From Candidatus Woesearchaeota archaeon (GTDB taxonomy: Archaea; Nanobdellota; Nanobdellia; Woesearchaeales; ARS49), in NCBI GenBank assembly GCA_016188265.1, contig JACPID010000011.1, forward strand, positions 1 through 32,000: 32,000 nt of DNA. Direction: 5' to 3'. Positions 15,929 to 23,398 of the stretch are shown here, one piece after another. Positions within the stretch are counted from its first letter, which is position 1, and every line of letters begins with the position of its first letter. Both the position numbers and the translations under genes were made by a program. Below the pieces are notes generated by a model. The model was not told the DNA's origin. It made no database searches and saw nothing but the letters and a program-made list of their open reading frames with translations.

Positions 15929-18680
15929 TTTGTTCTACAATCCATAAATTCATCATATTTAAAAATTTATTAAGATCTGGTTCATTTATAACAATTGGTT
16001 TTGTACTGCAGGCAATATCACTGGTTATGTCAAAACCATATACTGGGCTTATTATGTTAACTTTAGGAAATTTATAACAATTTCCAGGTTTTCCTTCTAT
16101 AATGCATGCATCATTTTCATTTTTTCCTAAACAAACAAGATTTTCTTCTGGAAGTTCAGTATTGCAAAATAAACCAGTACTTGGATCATTTCGACTTATA
16201 AAATCACACATCCCTGTTACTCCTCTATTTTTACACAAATCTCCTGAATTGTAACAATCTGGCATTTTTAAAAATTCATCAAGTGAGCTTAGAGTTCCTG
16301 AAAACTCAATTTCTCCACTTAAAATAAGTTCTCTTAAAATTTCAGCATTTCTTCTATCTTGTTCAGAAGGCCATTTGTATGATAACGATCTTAATAGATC
16401 AAGTGTTTCATCAATGCTGTACTTAAGTGGTTTTTCCTCACAGTTTATGGTATAACTTAGCCCCCTGCCTCTTAAGTCAAACAGTGGCCGAGCATATGTT
16501 GATAGCCTTACTTCTATTACTGCCTTTCTATTGCAAATTCCATCTTCTCCTGATTCAGTTTTACATTTGTTTCCTTCATCGCTTCCACCTCTGCATCCTG
16601 GTGTGCTTCTGCTTATTTTGCAATGTAATCTTAAATCATTATTAGCAATATCTGTATAATCACAATCGCCTGACATCCCTTCTTTCTGGCAAAGATATCC
16701 CCATCTTTGACAACCGTCCAACTGAATGTAACAACTTAGTTTATCTTTTTTAAACGCATCAGTATAGCCACAATACCCTTTTTGGTCATTTATCTCGCAA
16801 GGATATCCTTCGCTATATGGATTGTCGCATTTACTTTTTTGCAGAAGTCTATTAATCAGATCTCCGCAATTTTCTTTTTCATGCAGTTCTTCTACTTTGA
16901 ATGGTTCATTGCAAACATAATTGCTGGCAGGAGGTATATAGTAACCTTCAGTTTTAAGGTCTACACAACAAATTCTTTTTTGTTTTGGAGTTTGTGCAGG
17001 CAAAATTTGAGTTGGTGTTACTTGGGCAGGGGTGTCGTCTGATATTGGTGTTACTGATACTTGCAGTTTCGGTGGCGCCTGAAATCCTACTTCTGGCAAT
17101 AAGCAAATGCCATCTTTACATCCGTGTTCACATTTAATAAGTTTCCAACTCCCTACATTTTTGAAATTTCTTTCTGTACAATAAAACTCTTGTACATATT
17201 TTACGCCTTCAATTTCTTCACAATAATCTGTGTGTTGTTTTGTGGCGCCTGATTCATCAGTCCAGCTTGTTGTTCCTTTTATTTCTGGATTGGAGCCACC
17301 ATCACTATCTTGACAAGTTTTGGGTTCTGGCTTGCATGCGCTGTTTTCACAACCCCACGTGCAGTATTTTGTTTTCACAGCCAGTTTATTATCTTGGCAT
17401 AAATATTCTTTTAAATCCTTTCCTACACAACTATCAGTCTCAGTATCTATCAGTTTGCAATCCCATTCACTTATACAACCTAATTTTACTCCTGTTGTTG
17501 TTCCTTTTACTTCAAATGCTTCACCATTATCAGAGTCATTACAAATATTATCTTTTTGACAGGTTTTTTTATCCCAATTCCAATAACAATTACTGCCTGA
17601 TTCGCGGCAGGAATTATAATCTTTATCAGAACACTTTGATTTTATATCTTTAACACATGCACCATTTTTACATGCATCTGGACAAGTTAAATCTTCAATA
17701 ACAATATTATTTCCTTGGCAGTAATGTTCTCTTAAAGTATTTTTATTTGTGCATGCATCTAGTCCGCCAGTTCTTATTCTGCAATCTTGTTCATTCGCGC
17801 AAATAGTTCTAAAACCAAATGTATGTCCTTGAACTTCTAAATCTTTTCCATTATCTGATTCAGAACAAGTTTGTGTGTCTGTGCAACTATTTGTTTGCTG
17901 ATCCCAGTAACATGTATGACTGTCAAGACATTCATCCATAGATTGTAATTGATTGCAAATTAATTTTGGTTGCGATTTACACTCTCCGTTTTCACAACCA
18001 TTTTCACATTGTTTTACTTTAAATGCAGCAAATATTTGATCTTCTCCTTTGTTAGGATGCGCACTACAATAATATTCAATCAAGCAAGGTCCTTCGTTAC
18101 TTGCATAGCTTCCAACAGAACCAGAACAAAGTGTAGTGCATGTATCTTTATGTGGTTTAACATTTTTTGGTATAGGATCCCACCAAGCAACAACCCCTGT
18201 AGTTTCTCCTGCAATATCATAATTTTCTCCATTATCAGTATCGGTGCAAACTATTGGCTCAGTTCTACACTCTCCATTTTCACAACCATATTGGCATTTG
18301 TATCCTTCATGAATATATTGCCCGGTATTTTCCCAATAGTTTGGCGGACAAAAGTTTTCAATTAAATAACAATTATCTCCTGCGCAGCTTGAAACTTCTT
18401 TACCTCTGTCAGAAACAATATGTCCATCCCATAAAAACCCTGGATTAGCAATGCAAAAATCAGGATGATCAAATCTGTCAATTACTCCGCTAACAACTCC
18501 TTTTATATCATAATTTTTTCCTCCATCAGTATCAGTGCATTGTGCTGTTAATGTTGGTGACATTGCAACTTGTAATCCTGTAGGAGAAAGTACAGAATTC
18601 ATTACAAAAATACCAGCTAGTGCAATAAGAATTATAATTGAAACATACAAGTAATTGTATTTACTTTTTTTTAATACCAT
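15921..18680 (-). CDS. 919-aa N-terminally anchored Cys-rich modular surface protein
   Basis: The N-terminal TM is 'YVSIIILIALAGIFVM'. I count ~70 Cys by hand. There are five 'C-x-D-[ST]-D-[GN]-G ... C-x-x-G-C-x-[ND]-G-x-C' modules. Two 'C..C..CYW[DN]..C' spacers follow, then a Pro/Thr/Gln linker and 4-5 small four-Cys modules. Confidence 0.8.
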   Translation of the reverse strand: MVLKKSKYNYLYVSIIILIALAGIFVMNSVLSPTGLQVAMSPTLTAQCTDTDGGKNYDIKGVVSGVIDRFDHPDFCIANPGFLWDGHIVSDRGKEVSSCAGDNCYLIENFCPPNYWENTGQYIHEGYKCQYGCENGECRTEPIVCTDTDNGENYDIAGETTGVVAWWDPIPKNVKPHKDTCTTLCSGSVGSYASNEGPCLIEYYCSAHPNKGEDQIFAAFKVKQCENGCENGECKSQPKLICNQLQSMDECLDSHTCYWDQQTNSCTDTQTCSESDNGKDLEVQGHTFGFRTICANEQDCRIRTGGLDACTNKNTLREHYCQGNNIVIEDLTCPDACKNGACVKDIKSKCSDKDYNSCRESGSNCYWNWDKKTCQKDNICNDSDNGEAFEVKGTTTGVKLGCISEWDCKLIDTETDSCVGKDLKEYLCQDNKLAVKTKYCTWGCENSACKPEPKTCQDSDGGSNPEIKGTTSWTDESGATKQHTDYCEEIEGVKYVQEFYCTERNFKNVGSWKLIKCEHGCKDGICLLPEVGFQAPPKLQVSVTPISDDTPAQVTPTQILPAQTPKQKRICCVDLKTEGYYIPPASNYVCNEPFKVEELHEKENCGDLINRLLQKSKCDNPYSEGYPCEINDQKGYCGYTDAFKKDKLSCYIQLDGCQRWGYLCQKEGMSGDCDYTDIANNDLRLHCKISRSTPGCRGGSDEGNKCKTESGEDGICNRKAVIEVRLSTYARPLFDLRGRGLSYTINCEEKPLKYSIDETLDLLRSLSYKWPSEQDRRNAEILRELILSGEIEFSGTLSSLDEFLKMPDCYNSGDLCKNRGVTGMCDFISRNDPSTGLFCNTELPEENLVCLGKNENDACIIEGKPGNCYKFPKVNIISPVYGFDITSDIACSTKPIVINEPDLNKFLNMMNLWIVEQTS

Positions 18681-18689
18681 GCAACTCTT

Positions 18690-19505
18690 TTAATTGTAGA
18701 TATTAGGATTAACTTCTATTTCAAATCTTAATGTTGCAGCTCCGCAATTAGGGTATGTTCCTGCTGTGTTTGGTTTGCATTGGCAGGTGTATTGTTTTTT
18801 TGCATCCATTAATCCTGAATCCCAGCACCCCGGAGTATCTTTGAATGCTGCACATGACCATTTACTGTTTCCTGTAGCTCCACGGCATAATGTTGCTACA
18901 TCTACTGTTGGTTCTCCTTTAAATCCTGTCATTCCCATACCTCTAGTATCTGGTAATGGGTGTGCTCCTCCTGGTGGTGGAGGTGGTGCTGGACCAAATG
19001 GTGATTTTTTTGTGTATCCTCTAGTTGCTCCAGGTCCTGAAATCACGTATTCTCTAAATGGTAATTCTTCTTGTGTTAGCATTGTTCTTTGTTCAGCAAA
19101 ATAAACTCCTGCCATTACTTCAGGTTTTTCTTTTTCAGGCTTTTTTGTTGTTAATTCTTTGCAAGCTTTTCCTTCACTAAATTTAGCTTTTTCAGGGCAC
19201 ATGTTTGTACATGTTGCTCTTGTTAGATCATCTGCTTTTAAATCACCACATTCGCAACATCCTGTTGGTTCTGGTTCAGGCTCTGGAGCAGTTGGTTTGT
19301 ATGATTTTAGTTGTTGTGATTCTTTTAATACATTTTGTCTTACTTGAGAAATTAGTTGAGGCACATTTAAAGTTGTGTCTTTAAAAACTGGAAAAACTGC
19401 AAATCCAAAATGAGATTGTCCTGTTAATTGTGTTGTCAATAATAATCCAAGAAGTGCAAATCCTGCAACTAGAAGAAATATTATTAATTCTGTGCTTGCC
19501 TTCAT
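18690..19505 (-). CDS. 271-aa secreted or anchored Cys-rich protein with a possible type IV pilin-like (class III) signal
   Basis: The N-terminus is 'MKASTELIIFLLVAGFALLGLLLTTQLTG'. 'PEPEPEPTGCCECGD', poly-Pro 'GPAPPPPPGGAHPLP' and a C-terminal Cys-rich segment follow. Confidence 0.7.
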   Translation of the reverse strand: MKASTELIIFLLVAGFALLGLLLTTQLTGQSHFGFAVFPVFKDTTLNVPQLISQVRQNVLKESQQLKSYKPTAPEPEPEPTGCCECGDLKADDLTRATCTNMCPEKAKFSEGKACKELTTKKPEKEKPEVMAGVYFAEQRTMLTQEELPFREYVISGPGATRGYTKKSPFGPAPPPPPGGAHPLPDTRGMGMTGFKGEPTVDVATLCRGATGNSKWSCAAFKDTPGCWDSGLMDAKKQYTCQCKPNTAGTYPNCGAATLRFEIEVNPNIYN

Positions 19506-19612
19506 TAATCACACCTTTTTTTATTACTTATTATTTTTACTATTTAAGTATTTTGTTACTATTTTATAATGGTCATGAATGTTTTTAATTGTACACATCT
19601 ATAATTGTTTTC

Positions 19613-20653
19613 ATGAAGTATTTTTTTTTATTTTTTTTGATTTTTATTACAGCGTGCTCTTCTTATAAGTCTTGGAATAGTGATGCTCAATGCTATATTC
19701 AACTTAATGATGTTTATAATAAATTAAGTGAAAAATATGGTGAGAATGTTTTTGATCTTAGTATTGAGCAAGAGATTCAATCTGGATTTCTTCCAATTGA
19801 ATCATTGGATTGTGTTACAAAAGATAGCCAGCAAGGAGTATGCAAAAAACTTGTATTTGATAAACAGTATTTTTGGAGTTGTGTTGCTGTTGATAAAAAA
19901 GTTATTGTTAAACTTGAAATTATAAATTTAGGTGCTAAGACTAAAATAATTGTCACAGATACTTCACCAAAAAAAAATGATTTGTTTATTGACAAACAAT
20001 TAATACCTTTAACACCAATAAGTTCTATTCGTGCAGAAGCAACAATCACACTTCAAGATGAAAAAATCTGTGAAGATAAACCTCAAGGAGTGCAATACCC
20101 TTCAGGGCCTTTAACCCGTTATCCTAATAATTTCTTTTTTTGCCCTCCAAAAGATGGTGAATCACTTTTAACATATAAAGATCAAGTTATTTTATTGGAA
20201 TTTTTCAAAAAAGAACCAGTTAAAATACCTTTTTGCACTATTTCAGTAAATTCAGGCAATACATTGTATGTTAAAGTGAAGTTTTCTGATGAGATAACTT
20301 ATGATTTTGATTTTGAAAAAAACAAATGTATTGTTGATCAAAAAGGCAAGGTATTTAGTCTTTTGCTGAATCCTCCTAAATTAGCAGAGCAAGAATTAAA
20401 CAAAGATCAATGTTATGGTGTTTTAGCTGGAAATATTGAAAGTGTTGGCTTTGAAATGAAAAAAACAAACTGTCCTTTAGGTTGTGATGACGTTACTGGT
20501 TTGTGTAAAACAAAATATGAAGAATGGTGTTGTGTTGTTGAGTTGGCGGGCGGAAGAACATCATCAGTAATAGCTTCAGGCCCTGAAGATAAATACTGTA
20601 CTGGAAAAATTAAAAAATCAACAACAGGAAGTTGTGAAGAATTTATACATTGA
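19613..20653 (+). CDS. Cys-rich secreted protein with lipobox-like signal
   Basis: 'MKYFFLFFLIFITAC|SS' is present. The track start at 19589 is TTG; the ATG is at 19613. The C-terminal 'EEWCCVVELAGG' motif is shared with neighbouring genes. Confidence 0.7.
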   Translation: MKYFFLFFLIFITACSSYKSWNSDAQCYIQLNDVYNKLSEKYGENVFDLSIEQEIQSGFLPIESLDCVTKDSQQGVCKKLVFDKQYFWSCVAVDKKVIVKLEIINLGAKTKIIVTDTSPKKNDLFIDKQLIPLTPISSIRAEATITLQDEKICEDKPQGVQYPSGPLTRYPNNFFFCPPKDGESLLTYKDQVILLEFFKKEPVKIPFCTISVNSGNTLYVKVKFSDEITYDFDFEKNKCIVDQKGKVFSLLLNPPKLAEQELNKDQCYGVLAGNIESVGFEMKKTNCPLGCDDVTGLCKTKYEEWCCVVELAGGRTSSVIASGPEDKYCTGKIKKSTTGSCEEFIH

Positions 20654-20689
20654 AGTTTTAGATTTTTTTAATAGAAAAGTTTATACATA

Positions 20690-20715
20690 AGTAGTCTACT
20701 TTAAAGTAGACTACT
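20690..20715 (+). terminator. perfect 10-bp hairpin after the 354-aa gene, preceded by a T-run
   Basis: 'agtagtctac-tttaaa-gtagactact' forms the hairpin. The T7 run 'gattttttta' lies at 20661-20670. Confidence 0.4.
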
Positions 20716-20875
20716 ATGGAAAGAACTTATTTTGTTAACAGGCAAAACTAAACTATATGCATTATTCAGCAAAAATGGTTTTAAAAAAGAATTAAAAGAT
20801 TATGCAAAGAAAGATAAAAATATTGTTCTTTATGATCTCAAAAAAATAAAAGAAAAGCTTTTAAAGAATAAGTGA
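20705..20875 (+). pseudogene. C-terminal remnant of an archaeal ATPase (DUF234-type) gene
   Basis: The frame without an ATG encodes '..WKELILLTGKTKLYALFSKNGFKKELKDYAKKDKNIVLYDLKKIKEKL'. This resembles the '..ilFSksGFt.el.e.a...nv.L.dl' C-terminus of that family. Only ~56 codons remain. Confidence 0.35.
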
Positions 20876-21274
20876 TAAAATAATCTTAGAAGGCTTAAAA
20901 GGGTTGAATGGTGAAATTATTAAAAAATCATGCATTAAAGTTTTTTTTAGTTTTTGCTATTTTACTTGTTTTTTTAAGTTCAGCTTTTGCTCATAAACTT
21001 ATTCCAGAAGAACCGCAATCACCACATGAAAGCTATACTCTAACTGGGAAAGTTGTTGCTGAACAAGTTCTTTCATGTGGTGAGTCTAGAGGTGTTGAAA
21101 GATATGGAGTAATACAAGTTCCTTTGTCTAAAGGTTTAGCTGAAAATCTTGGTAAAAGATTTAAAAGTTTTATTTTTGAAAAATATTCTAAAGAATTTTA
21201 TGTTCCTGAAAAAATTAAGGCTGCGTGTGTTGAAGCTAAAAAAATGTGCGTAAGTGATATGTTAAAAGTAACTT

Positions 21275-21294
21275 CACAATTCTCCACAATTCTC
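21275..21294 (+). repeat. exact 10-bp tandem duplication (cacaattctc x2) that causes the frameshift
   Basis: 21275-21284 is identical to 21285-21294. This was read directly from the sequence. Confidence 0.9.
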
Positions 21295-21961
21295 TTGTCA
21301 AAATGCTTGTCCTCGAAGTGTTGGTGCTATTAGTTATTCTGATTGTACTGTTGCAGTTCAAACGCGTGATTCTGATGGTTATCCTGAAATGCTTACTTCA
21401 AGTGTTTCATGTTCTAATAAAGTAAGTTGTGGAGAAGTTCAAGGGCCACCACCTGGAATACCTAGTGTTGAACTTCCTCTAGGCGAACCAACGCCTGAAG
21501 AGGAAAAACCAAAAGCAGTAGCGAGAGAAGGAAGACTTCCAGAACCAAAAATAAAAAAGCCACCTATTTTTGAAAAACCAACTGTTGAATCTTTAAAAAT
21601 TAATTGTGGTTCAACAAAAGCAGGTGTTGGTGTTAGTAAAGTTAGTTTTGGCGGTTATACTGATGTTAGAAAAGTTTATGAAGATTATCCTGATATAGCA
21701 AATGTTGTTAAAGCATCTAGTAAAAGTGATGCTTTAAACCAAATAAATTATTATTATATATGTTCTGATGATAGATGTGAGAAAACATACAAGATTTGCT
21801 CTGACCCTTTGATTACAACATTGCCTGAAAATGATAATATGGTTGTAAGTTCAAAATGTTCTTTTTCAGTTACTTGTTCTGAAATAAGTGAACAACCAAC
21901 AATTCCTGTTTTAAGAACTGAACAAGAAATTCCTCCTTTCACACCTTCATTCTGGCCGTCT

Positions 21962-22001
21962 GGTCCTGCGCCTGCTGGTGAAGGTGAAACTTCTGGAAAA
22001 G
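21962..22001 (+). repeat. 40-nt block shared with 26153-26192 (1 mismatch)
   Basis: 'ggtcctgcgcctgctggtgaaggtgaaact[t/c]ctggaaaag' encodes 'GPAPAGEGET[S/P]GK' in paralogues A and C. Confidence 0.85.
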
Positions 22002-22171
22002 AATTTTATACACCGTATTGTGGTGATTTTAAGAAAGATTTAGGTGAAGATTGTGATCCTCCTGGTAGTGTTAGTGTTGATGGTAAGTTTATTTGTGGTT
22101 CTGATTGTCAGTGGTTTGTTTCTTCAATAGTTGGAGTTCCTGGTCAGGTTTACGGTCCTTTACCTCAGCCT

Positions 22172-22365
22172 GTTTGTGGTAATGGTGTAAAGGAAGGTGC
22201 TGAGGTTTGTGATGGTAGTGTTGGTTGTGCTAGTGGTCAGTCTTGTTCTAATGATTGTAAGTCTTGTTTTACTCCTGCTATTAGTTTGCCTAGCGCTCCT
22301 CCTGTTTGTGAAGAAGGTGAGGATGTGCGTTATTGTGTTTGCAACATGTTTAATAGTTTGGGTCA
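22172..22365 (+). repeat. composite repeat, copy in paralogue A (exact 63 nt + 60-nt variable cassette + exact 71 nt)
   Basis: 22172-22234 is identical to 24341-24403, and 22295-22365 is identical to 24464-24534. The 60 nt in between have equal length in both copies but only about half are identical. Confidence 0.9.
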
Positions 22366-23309
22366 CTGTTGTCCTGCTAATACTTACTGGAATGGTGTTC
22401 AATGCGCAGCTTATCTTGCTGGAGGTCCAACAATAATTGGAGCGCCACCAACACCCACGTATACTTATGCAAGGGTTGTTGCAAATCTTTTTAGTGCTAC
22501 TGGAAAAAGTATTATGAGTTTTACTGGAATGCAGTCTTTTGCAGCAAAAGGAGAAGGCGCTGGAAGGCAAGTTCTTGATCCTGCATGTGCTCCTACTGTT
22601 TTAATGAGTCGCGTTAAAGAAGTTGAGTGTAGTGTTGGAGAAACTAAACTAGAAAAAGGCTGGGTTTGGGATACTTGTTATGAATGTGTTAAAACACCAC
22701 TATGGCCTGCACAGTGGAGAAGTACTGATATGAGCCGTTGTGAAGGACAAAAACCTCCTGAAAAAGAAGTTGAAAAACCACGAGCTCCTCTGGGAGAAAG
22801 ACCACCAGAAAGAAGATCACCAACTCCTCTGGGAGAACTGCCTGGTCGTCCAGGAAGTGGATTACTCCCTCTTGAAGGATCAGAATGTTCAGAAGGTGAT
22901 ATAAAATGTGAAAGTGAAGATGGCGGGTGTTATTATCAAACTTGTGTTAATGGAAAGTTTACAAGTAAAGATTATGTTTCAACAAGTTGTGAGGAGTTTC
23001 TTCCTGGAAGAGTATGTTCTTCAAAAACAATTAAACCACAAACTTCCCCTCCGGGTGAAAGACCATCACCTCCTCCTGCACCTAAAGAAGAACCTAGAGG
23101 ATTACCACTTTCCGGAGAACCAGCAGAAAGACGTGTGAGTGATGAAAAAGTTTGCAAAAACGGCGCTACAAGAAAGTGTAAGATTGTAAAAGGTACAGAA
23201 GGCGCTGTCTGTAATTATGAGGTTTGTAAGAAAAATCAATGGGTTTATGACAGTGTAGTTATACCTCCTGATGTTGTGTATGAAGAGTACTGTTCATGTT
23301 AAAGCTTAT

Positions 23310-23349
23310 AGAAAACGAAATAAATAATAGGACAATAGTTTCGTTTTCT
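23310..23349 (+). terminator. 11-bp perfect hairpin downstream of paralogue A
   Basis: 'agaaaacgaaa' (23310-23320) pairs with 'tttcgttttct' (23339-23349) across an 18-nt loop. Confidence 0.35.
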
Positions 23350-23350
23350 A

Positions 23351-23398
23351 AATAGTACGCGCCATAAGAGTGTCCTACAAATTATGGCGCGTACTATT
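23351..23398 (+). promoter_or_regulatory. 17-bp perfect inverted repeat overlapping the first ATG of paralogue B
   Basis: 'aatagtacgcgccataa' (23351-23367) pairs with 'ttatggcgcgtactatt' (23382-23398) across a 14-nt spacer. The core is GC-rich in an AT-rich genome, and the ATG at 23384 lies inside the 3' arm. Confidence 0.4.

Larger units (their letters stand above)
20908..23302 (+). pseudogene. Cys-rich secreted modular protein (paralogue A), split by a 10-bp tandem duplication (track ORFs 20908-21333 and 21389-23302)
   Basis: The signal peptide is 'FLVFAILLVFLSSAFA'. The frame of ORF 21389 is already open from 21272. Deleting one copy of 'cacaattctc' joins '..KVTSQFS' to 'CQNACPRSVGAISYSDC..' in a single ~794-aa frame. 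Confidence 0.75.
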
